From contig CAWGOA010000010.1 of NCBI GenBank assembly GCA_963824115.1, positions 11,398 to 75,397 on the forward strand: 64,000 bases of DNA. Direction: 5' to 3'. Each line of letters opens with the position of its first letter. Positions within the stretch are counted from its first letter, which is position 1. The position numbers and the translations under genes are program-made. This document shows positions 47,498-56,110 of this stretch, piece after piece. The DNA is from an uncultured Actinomycetota bacterium. GTDB taxonomy: Bacteria > Actinomycetota > Actinomycetes > Propionibacteriales > Nocardioidaceae. Below the pieces are notes generated by a model. That model ran no database searches. It saw nothing but the letters and a program-made list of their open reading frames with translations, and was not told where the DNA came from.

Positions 47498-48480
47498 GTG
47501 AAGCTCGGCGTCAGTCTGGGGTATGTCGTCGGCAGCGACGTCCATGACCAGGTGGCTCTCGCGCAGGCCGCCGACCGGCTCGGGTATTCAGTCGCCTGGG
47601 CTGCCGAGGCGTACGGCTCCGACTCGCCGACCGTGCTCAGCTACGTCGCAGCCAAGACCGAGCGCATCGACATCGGCGCTGCCGTCATGCAGATACCGGC
47701 GCGCACACCGGCCATGACGGCGATGACTGCTGCCACGCTCGACCTGCTCAGCGGCGGCCGCTTCCGGCTCGGGCTCGGGGTTTCCGGGCCGCAGGTGTCG
47801 GAAGGCTGGCACGGGGTGCGCTTCGACCGGCCGCTCGCACGCACCCGCGAGTACCTCGACATCGTCAACCAGGCGCTACAGCGAGGTCTGGTCCAGTACG
47901 AGGGCGAGTTCTTCACGCTGCCCCTGCCGGACGGGCCGGGGAAGGCCCTCAAGCTCACGGTCCACCCGGTACGGCGGCACCTGCCCGTGTACCTCGCAGC
48001 GGTGGGTCCGCACAACCTCGAGTTGCCGGAGAGGTCGCCGACGGCTGGCTGGCGATCTTCTTCTCGCCGGAACATGCCGCCGAGCTCGATGGCGAGCGTG
48101 GCTGCTCGGTCGCGCGCGCGGAGCCCTCGCAGAGCCAACCGTTCGACGTCGCCGCCACCGTGCCGGTCTCGGTCGGCGCGGACGTCGAGACCTGTGCCGA
48201 CGCGATCCGCGGGTACGCCGCCCTCTACGTCGGCGGCATGGGGAGCCGGGAGCAGAACTTCTACAACGCTCTGGCCCGCCGGATGGGCTTCGAGGCTGCC
48301 GCCGAGCGGATCCAGGACCTGTTCCTCGACCATCGTCAGCGCGAGGCCGCCGCCGCAGTGCCCCTCGACTTCATCGACCAGACGTCGCTGCTCGGACCGC
48401 CCGGCCGCATCACCGAGCGGCTGCATGCGTTCGCCGACGCCGGCGTGACGACGCTGACCGTGGCCCCGTTCGCGAGCTGA
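47498..48480 (+). pseudogene. LLM-class (luciferase-like) F420-dependent oxidoreductase, frame break at about 48030
   Basis: MKLGVSLGYV...YSVAWAAEAYGSDSPTVLSYVAAKTERIDIGAAVMQIPARTP...FRLGLGVSGPQVSEGWHG...AAVGPHNLEL | AGEVADGWLAIFFSPEH...YVGGMGSREQNFYN (ORF 48160-48480 frame). Confidence 0.8.
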
Positions 48481-48555
48481 CCTGGACATAAGAATCGACA
48501 CGCTTCGACACGTTTCCGCAGCCCTGGAGGCCGCCGGTCTAGCAGACTGACCTCC

Positions 48556-49473
48556 GTGGACTTCCTTCAGGCACTGGTCCTCGGCATCGTGGAAGGGCTC
48601 ACCGAGTTCTTGCCGGTGTCGAGCACCGGCCATCTCACGATCGCCGAGAAGCTGCTCGGGCTGTCGATCAACGACTCCGACGTCACGGGCTTCACCGCCG
48701 TCATCCAGATGGGGGCGATCATCGCCGTCATCGTGTACTTCCGGCGAGACATCTGGTCGATCGCCAGTACCTGGGTGCGCGGGATAGCGAAGCCGGAGCT
48801 CCGGGGCTCGTTCGACTACCGCATGGGCTGGTACGTGATCATCGGATCGATCCCGGTCGTGATCGTGGCGCTCCTGGGGAGGCACCTCGTCACCGGCGCC
48901 CTTCGCAACCTCTGGTGGGTCGCCGGAGCGCTCATCGTGTGGAGCGTCGTCATGGTCGCCGCGGAGCGGGTGGCCCGTCAGGACCGTCACGAGCAGGACC
49001 TGACGCTGAAGGACGCGGTCATCATCGGCCTCGTCCAGTGCGTGTCGCTGGTCCCGGGTGTCTCACGTTCCGGGGCGACGATCTCGGCAGGGCTGTTCGT
49101 GGGTCTCGACCGGGTGACCGCCACCAGGATGTCGTTCTTCTTGTCGATCCCGGCCCTCACGGCCGCCGGGCTCTACGAGCTCCCGAGCGCTGTCGGCGGC
49201 AACATCTCCGTGGCCACGACGCTCGTCGCGACAGTGGTGAGCTTCGTGGTCGCCTACGCCGCGGTGGCGTGGCTGCTTCAGTTCGTCGCGCACCACCCGA
49301 TCACGTGGTTCGTCGGCTACCGGGTCGCCGTCGGCGTCATCCTCATCGTGCTGCTCGCAACGGGCACGATGGGACCCGACCTGACCCCTCGAGGTCAGAG
49401 CCAGCCGGACTGCTTGAACAACCGGAACAACACGACGCAGACCGTCGCCATGAGCAGCAGTGCCAACGGGTAG
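48556..49473 (+). CDS. uppP: undecaprenyl-diphosphate phosphatase
   Basis: VEGLTEFLPVSSTGHL and PGVSRSGATI motifs. GTG start. The last roughly 25 codons overlap the convergent corA gene. Confidence 0.9.
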   Translation: MDFLQALVLGIVEGLTEFLPVSSTGHLTIAEKLLGLSINDSDVTGFTAVIQMGAIIAVIVYFRRDIWSIASTWVRGIAKPELRGSFDYRMGWYVIIGSIPVVIVALLGRHLVTGALRNLWWVAGALIVWSVVMVAAERVARQDRHEQDLTLKDAVIIGLVQCVSLVPGVSRSGATISAGLFVGLDRVTATRMSFFLSIPALTAAGLYELPSAVGGNISVATTLVATVVSFVVAYAAVAWLLQFVAHHPITWFVGYRVAVGVILIVLLATGTMGPDLTPRGQSQPDCLNNRNNTTQTVAMSSSANG

Positions 49474-50378
49474 CCGTACTGCCAGTGCAGCTCGGGCATG
49501 TGGTCGAAGTTCATGCCGTAGATGCCGGCCAGCGCCGTCGGTACCGCAGCGATCGCGACCCATGCCGAGATCTTGCGCATGTCGTCGTTCTGCTGGACCG
49601 ACACCCGAGCCATCTGGGCGTCGTGCGCGCTCGAGAGCAGGGTGTCGAGCGACTCGACCTGCTCCTGGACCCGGATGCAGTGGTCGAGGACGTCCCTGAA
49701 GAACGGCGCCGCTTCGTTCGGCATCCCCGCGATCTGCCGCTGGGCCAATCTCGTCAGCGGGTCGCGGAGCGGGACGACGGCACGGCGGAACTCCGACATC
49801 TCGCGCTTCAGGATGTAGATCCGCTGCGAGACGTTGCGGCGGGACTCGGAGAAGACCGACTTCTCCACCTCGTCGACGTCGTCTTCCAGCTCGGCGGCCA
49901 CCTGCGCGTACTTGTCGACGACGCTGTCGCAGACCGAGTACAGCACCGCGAATGGTCCGTGTCCGAGCACCTCGGTGTGCTCCTCGAGCTCGCGGCGGGC
50001 GAAGCGGAGAGCGGCGCCTGCGCCGTGCCGGACCGTCACGACATAGTTGGCGCCGACGAAGACGGCGATCTCACCGGTCTCCACGGCGTCGTCGGCGTCG
50101 ACGTACCAGAGCGTCTTCAAGATCATGAACAGCACGTCCCCGTCGTACCTCTCGAGCTTCGGGCGCTGGTGCGCGACAACGGCGTCCTCCACGGCAAGTC
50201 GGTGCAGCCCGAACGACAGCGCGACCAGCTCCATCTCGTCCTGCGAAGGCTCGTGAAGGCCCACCCAGACGAAGTCGCCGGGCAACGTGGCGACGTCGAG
50301 CGCATCACCCAGGTCGTTGCTGTCATCGGGCAGCTGCAGGCGAACCCCGTCCCGGTACACAGCACAGTCGACGATCAC
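49395..50378 (-). CDS. corA: magnesium/cobalt transporter CorA
   Basis: C-terminal YGMNF motif and two TM helices. Chosen start is GTG 50378 (VIVDCAVYRDG), because the ORF-track N-terminus overlaps the divergent phosphatase gene. Confidence 0.88.
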   Translation of the reverse strand: MIVDCAVYRDGVRLQLPDDSNDLGDALDVATLPGDFVWVGLHEPSQDEMELVALSFGLHRLAVEDAVVAHQRPKLERYDGDVLFMILKTLWYVDADDAVETGEIAVFVGANYVVTVRHGAGAALRFARRELEEHTEVLGHGPFAVLYSVCDSVVDKYAQVAAELEDDVDEVEKSVFSESRRNVSQRIYILKREMSEFRRAVVPLRDPLTRLAQRQIAGMPNEAAPFFRDVLDHCIRVQEQVESLDTLLSSAHDAQMARVSVQQNDDMRKISAWVAIAAVPTALAGIYGMNFDHMPELHWQYGYPLALLLMATVCVVLFRLFKQSGWL

Positions 50379-50430
50379 CCCGTCATTGTCACCCGGAATT
50401 GTGTTGCTCGCCTCCAGATAGGGTGGGTCC

Positions 50431-51129
50431 GTGGCGACAGTTCTGCTGGTCAGGCATGGTCGTACCGCAGCCAACAGCCAGGGTGTGCTGGCCGGGCGAA
50501 GCGCCGGTGTGGACCTCGACGAGCGCGGCCAGGCCCAGGCTGAGGAGACGGCACGAAGGGTGGCCGTGCTTCCCCTGGCGGCGCTGGTGTCGAGTCCGCT
50601 CGAACGGTGCCAGCAGACGGCGACAGCGATCGCGGCGGTGGCCAAGAAGGCCGTCGAGGTCGAGACGGACGACCGGCTGACCGAGTGCGACTACGGTGAC
50701 TGGACCGGCATGGAGCTCAAGAAGCTCGCGAAACAGCCGATGTGGAAGGTCGTCCAGGCCCATCCCAGCGGAGCGATCTTTCCGGGCGGTGAGTCGATGC
50801 GGGAGATGCAGGCACGCGCGGTCGAGGCCGTTCGTGACTGGGACTCCACGGTGACCTCGGCACATGGTGCGCACGCGCTGTGGGTGGCCGTCAGCCACGG
50901 CGACGTCATCAAATCCGTCCTCGCCGACGCGCTTGGGATGCACCTCGACAACTTCCAGCGCATCGTGGCGGACCCGGCCTCGGTGTCGGTGATCTCGTAC
51001 ACCCCCTTGCGGCCGTTCGTCGTGCGGTTCAACGACCAAGGTGATCTCGGCGCCCTGGTGCCGCGAAGCCGGACCAGACGGCGTCGCGCGGCCAGCAGTG
51101 ACGCAGCCGTCGGCGGGGGCGCCGGCTGA
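50431..51129 (+). CDS. histidine phosphatase family protein (MSMEG_4193-type putative phosphomutase)
   Basis: VLLVRHGRTAAN (RHG), SSPLERCQQTA, VSHGDVIK. Sits with DUF3090 and an SCO1664-type kinase. Confidence 0.85.
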   Translation: MATVLLVRHGRTAANSQGVLAGRSAGVDLDERGQAQAEETARRVAVLPLAALVSSPLERCQQTATAIAAVAKKAVEVETDDRLTECDYGDWTGMELKKLAKQPMWKVVQAHPSGAIFPGGESMREMQARAVEAVRDWDSTVTSAHGAHALWVAVSHGDVIKSVLADALGMHLDNFQRIVADPASVSVISYTPLRPFVVRFNDQGDLGALVPRSRTRRRRAASSDAAVGGGAG

Positions 51130-51178
51130 GCACGTGGTGCGCCCAGTGGGGAGTTGGCGGGGGTCGTAGGCTTTTCGC

Positions 51179-51769
51179 ATGTCGATTCTCGTCCACAGCT
51201 TCGAGAAGCCGGACCGGTTCGTCGTGGGGACTGTCGGCGAGCCCGGTCAGCGCACCTTCTTCCTCCAGGCCAAGGACGGGCCCCGGGTGACGAGCGTCGC
51301 GCTCGAGAAGCAGCAGGTGGCGATCCTTGCCGAGCGCATCGACCTGCTGCTCGACGAGGCATTGCGTCGCAGCGGCGGCGATGCGGCGATCCCCGCCATC
51401 GCGCCGGCCGGCGTCGGAGACGGCCGTCCGCTGGACCAGCCCATCGTCGAGGAGTTCCGCGTCGGCACCATCACGCTCAGCTGGGACGCCGAGGAGGGCA
51501 GTGTCGTCATCGAGCTCTTCCCGGTTTCGGAGGAGCCGGCAACCGAGTCGTTCGACGACGAGTCCGCCGAGGCGGAGGAACCGGTCGAGATCGAGGCCGA
51601 CGAGATGGTCGTGGTCAAGCTCGACCCTGCGTACGCCCGGTCGTTCGTCCGGCGCGCCCAGACGGTCGTCTCCGCCGGTCGGCCACCGTGCCAGTTCTGC
51701 GGGAACCCCCTCGACGCCGAAGGGCACCTGTGCCCACGTGCCAACGGGTTCAAGCGCATTGCCCACTGA
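51179..51769 (+). CDS. DUF3090 domain-containing protein
   Basis: FEKPDRFVVGTVGEPGQRTFFLQA and a C-terminal Cys/His knuckle GRPPCQFCGNPLDAEGHLCPRANG. Confidence 0.85.
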   Translation: MSILVHSFEKPDRFVVGTVGEPGQRTFFLQAKDGPRVTSVALEKQQVAILAERIDLLLDEALRRSGGDAAIPAIAPAGVGDGRPLDQPIVEEFRVGTITLSWDAEEGSVVIELFPVSEEPATESFDDESAEAEEPVEIEADEMVVVKLDPAYARSFVRRAQTVVSAGRPPCQFCGNPLDAEGHLCPRANGFKRIAH

Positions 51770-52571
51770 CGAGCCGAGGACACTCGACGACGCCGAGATC
51801 GAGACGATCCTGACCGCAGGCTCGCTCGAGCTCGATGGTCGGCTGGTCACCGCTTCCAACGCGTCGTTCCTCGGCGAGGTGATGCTGGATGGTACGAGCC
51901 TGCGGTGCATCTACAAGCCGATCCGCGGCGAGCGGCCGCTCTGGGACTTCCCGGACGGGACCCTGGCCGGACGCGAGCGCGCCGCCCGGCTCGTCTCCGA
52001 GGCAGGCGGCTGGGACGTCGTACCGCCGACGGTGCTGCGTGACGGGCGCTACGGCCGCGGCATGTGCCAACGCTGGGTCGACGTCGAACACGACCACGAG
52101 CTGGTCGACGTAGTAGGCAACGACTTCTCGGAGCCCGGCTGGATCGCCGTCTTGCAGGCGGAGGACCGCAACGGCAGTCCGGTCCTGCTCGTGCATCGAG
52201 ACGACGACCGGCTGCGCGACATGGCGGTGTTCGACGTGGTCATCAACAACGCCGACCGCAAGGGCGGTCACGTGCTCGCCGAGTCGACAGGTCACCTGTG
52301 GGGATGCGACCACGGCGTCTGCTTCCACGAGGACCCCAAGCTGCGGACGGTCCTATGGGGCTGGGCCGACGAGGCGCTGCGACCGACCGACGTCGATCAC
52401 CTGCGCAGGCTTCTGATGACACTGGACGGCGGCCTCGACGACGAGCTCGGCAACCTCTTGTCTCAGGTCGAGGTGATGGCCCTGCGCGAGCGGGTGGAGG
52501 ACCTGCTCACCGCCTCGCGGATGCCGCTGCCCCACGGGTCTTGGCCCGCGATACCGTGGCCGGCCTTCTGA
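51759..52571 (+). CDS. SCO1664 family protein (PI3/4-kinase-like putative kinase)
   Basis: In-frame TTG 51759 overlaps the DUF3090 stop. CIYKPIRGERPLWDFPDGTLAGRERAA, VINNADRKGGHVL, WGCDHGVCFH. The upstream part of ORF 51327-52571 overlaps DUF3090 in another frame. Confidence 0.8.
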   Translation: MPTDEPRTLDDAEIETILTAGSLELDGRLVTASNASFLGEVMLDGTSLRCIYKPIRGERPLWDFPDGTLAGRERAARLVSEAGGWDVVPPTVLRDGRYGRGMCQRWVDVEHDHELVDVVGNDFSEPGWIAVLQAEDRNGSPVLLVHRDDDRLRDMAVFDVVINNADRKGGHVLAESTGHLWGCDHGVCFHEDPKLRTVLWGWADEALRPTDVDHLRRLLMTLDGGLDDELGNLLSQVEVMALRERVEDLLTASRMPLPHGSWPAIPWPAF

Positions 52572-52595
52572 GCGTTCGCCACTAGGCTGACCGAT

Positions 52596-53822
52596 ATGGA
52601 CGCCTGGCCTGCTCCGCAGCTGTCGTCGGTCGTCCGCGACCGGATGGGGCCCGCTCCCGAGCTGGCCCTCTACGACGCTCGAACCGGCGCTGTCGAGGCG
52701 ACGTCGCCAGGCGACGAGGCGCGGATCTACGTCTGCGGGATCACGCCGTACGACGCCACCCATATGGGCCACGCGGCGACCTACGTCGCCTTCGACCTCG
52801 CCATCCGGGCCTGGCGGGAGGCCGGCCACCGGGTGAGGTACGTGCAGAACGTGACCGACGTCGACGACCCGCTGCTCGAGCGCGCCAAGGAGACCGGCGA
52901 GGACTGGAGGGCGCTCGCCGAGCGGGAGATCCAGCTCTTCCGAGACGACATGAGCGCGCTGGCCGTGATCCCGCCCGACGTCTACGCGGGCGCCGTCGAG
53001 ACGATCCCGCTCGTCGTCGACCTGGTCAAGCGGCTGGAGACCAAGGGTGCGGTCTACCCGGTGGACGGCGACCTGTACTTCGCCGTCCACGCCGATCCCG
53101 CCTTCGGGCGTGTCTCCGGCCTCGACCGCGAGGGGATGCTGGAGGTGTTCGCCGCACGCGGCGGCGATCCCGACCGTGCGGGCAAGCGCGACCCGTTGGA
53201 CTGCCTGCTGTGGCAGCAGGAGCGGCCGGGGGAGCCGGCCTGGGACACCGAGCTGGGTCGCGGTCGGCCCGGCTGGCACGTCGAGTGTGCGGCGATCGTG
53301 CTGCACTACCTCGGGCCCACCATCGACATCGAGGGTGGCGGCTCCGACCTCGCGTTCCCGCACCACGAGATGTCGGCAGGTGAGGCGCAGGTGGCGGAGG
53401 ACGGAAAGGCGTTCGCGAAGGCGTACGCGCACGCCGGGATGGTGGCGCTCGACGGCCACAAGATGTCGAAATCTCTGGGCAACCTCGTGCTGGTGTCCCG
53501 GCTGCGCGCCGAGGGCGTCGACCCGCGAGCGATCAGGCTGACGCTCCTGGCCCAGCACTACCGGTCCGGGTGGGAGTGGACGGACGACCTGCTGGCGTCC
53601 GGTGAAGAGCGCCTCAAGCGGTGGACCGAGGCGATCGTCACCGGCGGACCGGCCGCGGACGCCACTGCCGAGCTTGTGCGCGCGAGCCTCGCCGACGACC
53701 TGGACTCACCCCGCGCCCTGGCCGTCGTCGACGCGTGGGCCGAGTCCGGCGGCCCTGCAATCGAAGGGGCCGGCGAGCTGGTCGCCCAGGTCGTCGAGCA
53801 GTCCCTGGGCGTCAGCCTCTGA
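52596..53822 (+). CDS. mshC: cysteine:1D-myo-inosityl 2-amino-2-deoxy-alpha-D-glucopyranoside ligase (mycothiol biosynthesis)
   Basis: Class I synthetase motifs [19 protein letters not shown] (HIGH-type) and [16 protein letters not shown]. About 408 aa, without the CysRS anticodon domain. Confidence 0.9.
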   Translation: MDAWPAPQLSSVVRDRMGPAPELALYDARTGAVEATSPGDEARIYVCGITPYDATHMGHAATYVAFDLAIRAWREAGHRVRYVQNVTDVDDPLLERAKETGEDWRALAEREIQLFRDDMSALAVIPPDVYAGAVETIPLVVDLVKRLETKGAVYPVDGDLYFAVHADPAFGRVSGLDREGMLEVFAARGGDPDRAGKRDPLDCLLWQQERPGEPAWDTELGRGRPGWHVECAAIVLHYLGPTIDIEGGGSDLAFPHHEMSAGEAQVAEDGKAFAKAYAHAGMVALDGHKMSKSLGNLVLVSRLRAEGVDPRAIRLTLLAQHYRSGWEWTDDLLASGEERLKRWTEAIVTGGPAADATAELVRASLADDLDSPRALAVVDAWAESGGPAIEGAGELVAQVVEQSLGVSL

Positions 53823-53846
53823 CTCCGCGGTGCCACACTCGGCCTG

Positions 53847-55110
53847 GTGACTCGCAGCTTCCTCAGCCACCTCGAGTGCTCCCGATGCGCCGAACGGCTT
53901 GACGCTGATGTGACTCAGGGACTCTGCCCCTGCGGGGGACCGCTGCTGGCGCGCTACGACCTTGAGGCAGTCGGGCGGTCCGTGACTCGCCGCACCATCT
54001 CCTCCCGGCCCGGCACATTGTGGCGCTACCACGAGCTGCTGCCGGTCCGCGATGCCGCCAACGTCGTGTCCCTCGGCGAGGGCATGACCCCGTTGCTGCA
54101 CATGCCCCGCCTCGGTGCCGCGTACGGCCTCGACCGGCTCCTGGTCAAAGACGAGGGCCTGCTTCCCACCGGGAGCTTCAAGGCCCGTGGTGCCGCCGTC
54201 GGTGTGTCCAGGGCGCACGAGCTCGGTACGACAGGTGTCGCGATGCCGACCAACGGCAACGCCGGCGCCGCCTGGTCTGTCTACGCGGCGCGCGCCGCGA
54301 TGCGCAGCCTGATCGCGATGCCGGAGGGCGCACCCGACATCACCCGGCGCGAATGCCTGGCCGCCGGCGCCGAGCTGTACCTGGTCAACGGCCACATCGG
54401 CCAGTGCGCGCAGCTGATCAACGCGGCCGTCGCCAGGCGCAGCGGCTACCAGGAGGTCTCCACCCTCAAGGAGCCCTACCGGCTGGAGGGCAAGAAGACG
54501 ATGGGGCTGGAGATCGTCGAACAGCTCGGCTGGCGACCGCCCGATGTGATCGTCTACCCGACCGGCGGCGGAGTGGGGATCATCGGCATCCACAAGGCAC
54601 TTCTCGAGCTGCGGGAGATGGGTTGGCTGCACGGCCGGCTCCCGCGACTCGTGGCGGTGCAGTCCACGGGCTGTGCCCCCGTGGTCAAGGCGTACGACGA
54701 GGGGGCCGCCGAGTGCCGGGCATGGCCGGATCCCGAGACGATCGCGTTCGGCATCACCGTGCCGAAGCCGCTTGGCGACTTCCTCATCCTCGATGCCGTC
54801 CGGGCCACCGACGGGACGGCCGTCGCGGTCGACGACGCCGACACCTTGGCCGAGGTGGGGCGCTGCGCCCAGCTCGAGGGACTGTTCGTATGCCCGGAGG
54901 GCGCAGCCGCCCTGGCCGCGGTCGGTCAGCTGCGGGCCTCCGGTTGGCTCGGGCAGGCCGACGAGGTGGTCGTTCTCAACACCGGCTCGGGTCTCAAGTA
55001 CCCCGGCACCGTGAGCAACGTCGCGAGCGTGCTGGAGCCCACCGACCCGATCCCGGACACACCCGGGGACACGTCCGGCTCAGCTGTCGTCGGCACGTCG
55101 CTTGAGATAG
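53847..55110 (+). CDS. threonine-synthase-family PLP enzyme with an N-terminal Cys knuckle; 3' end uncertain
   Basis: LECSRCAERLDADVTQGLCPCGGPLLARYDL, PTGSFKARGA (PLP Lys), NTGSGLKY. The as-is ORF has no stop until 55985 and runs antisense through the PAC2 gene. Both alternative frames stop at 55103-55110. Confidence 0.72.
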
Positions 55111-55928
55111 CGCTCGAACTCCCGCGCGATGGCGTCACCCGTCGCCTCCGGAAGGTCGGCCGTGTCGCGCTCCTCTTCGAGCGAGCGCACGTAGTCGGCG
55201 ACGTCGGAGTCGTCCGAGGCCAACTCGTCGACGCCGCGCTCCCAGGCCTTCGCCTCCTCCGGCAGCCCGCGCATGTCGATCGGCACTCCGACGAGGTCCT
55301 CGATCTGTCCCAGAAGGGCGAGAGTCGCCTTCGGCGCGGGCGCCTGAGCCACATAGTGGGGCACCGCAGCCCAGTACGACATCGTCTCGAGCCCGCGCCG
55401 ATGCGAGGCCTCCTGGATCACGCCCACGATGCCTGTCGGACCGGTGTACCGCGACGGCTCGAGTCCGAACCGCTCTGCCAGGTCGGGGTTCGAGGAGATC
55501 CCGTTGACCGGGACCGGACGTGTGTGCGGCACGTCGGCAAGCAGCGCACCCAGGGTCACGACGGAGGTGGCGCCGATTCCGGTGAGGTAGTCGAGCAGCT
55601 CCTGACAGAAGGACCGCCAACGCAAGTTGGGCTCGATACCGGTGAGCAGCACCACGTCGCGGTCCGGTGGGCCGGCCTGGCAGTGCCAGATGCTTGTCGT
55701 GCGCCACGACAGCTCCCGCCCGCCCTCGGAGTCGAAGCCGACATGGGGGCGGTTGACCTGGAAGTCGTAGTAGTCCTCCGGGTCGATCGACGCGAGCAGG
55801 GTGGCCCGCCAGCCGACCAGGAGGTGCGAGACCGCCTCGCTCGCCGCCTCACCGGCATCGTTCCAACCCTCGAACGCGGCGATGACGAGGGCGTTGTCGA
55901 AGTGCCTGTCGGCCTCGATGTCGATCAC
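55080..55928 (-). CDS. PAC2 (proteasome assembly chaperone 2) family protein
   Basis: ALVIAAFEGWNDAGEAASEAV, LLTGIEPNLRW, GPTGIVGV. An acidic C-terminal tail is typical of the actinobacterial PAC2 family (Rv2125-like, from memory). Confidence 0.85.
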   Translation of the reverse strand: MIDIEADRHFDNALVIAAFEGWNDAGEAASEAVSHLLVGWRATLLASIDPEDYYDFQVNRPHVGFDSEGGRELSWRTTSIWHCQAGPPDRDVVLLTGIEPNLRWRSFCQELLDYLTGIGATSVVTLGALLADVPHTRPVPVNGISSNPDLAERFGLEPSRYTGPTGIVGVIQEASHRRGLETMSYWAAVPHYVAQAPAPKATLALLGQIEDLVGVPIDMRGLPEEAKAWERGVDELASDDSDVADYVRSLEEERDTADLPEATGDAIAREFERYLKRRADDS

Positions 55929-55960
55929 GTGGCCAGCCTACGGGTCCCGTCGCGGCCGCT

Positions 55961-56030
55961 CACCACCGCGAATATCCGACTCTGAAGTGGTCAGAGCGAC
56001 GGAAGGGTCGGATATTTCTGGTGGTGGTGG
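55961..56030. repeat. palindromic intergenic repeat element, copy C
   Basis: CACCACCGCGAATATCCGACTCTGAAGTGGTCAGAGCGACGGAAGGGTCGGATATTTCTGGTGGTGGTGG. It lies in the divergent PAC2/metH intergenic region. Confidence 0.75.
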
Positions 56031-56110
56031 CGCGCATGAGATCGCCTTCACCTGTCGGACGGCGCGGCTAGGCTTGTCCAACCCGCTGCCCGGACTACGC
56101 GAAGGAGCCC

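Noticed and set aside
49395-49473. The 79-nt convergent overlap between the uppP and corA 3' ends.
   Set aside because: The UppP homology ends before the overlap. The extra roughly 25 codons are most simply a late stop codon in GC-rich sequence. I see no evidence of any function.
55929-56110. A possible cobalamin or SAM riboswitch in the metH leader.
   Set aside because: I could not find a B12-box-like sequence or the conserved SAM-I/SAM-IV helices by eye. The only strong structure is the palindromic repeat copy C. An Rfam scan would be needed to be certain.
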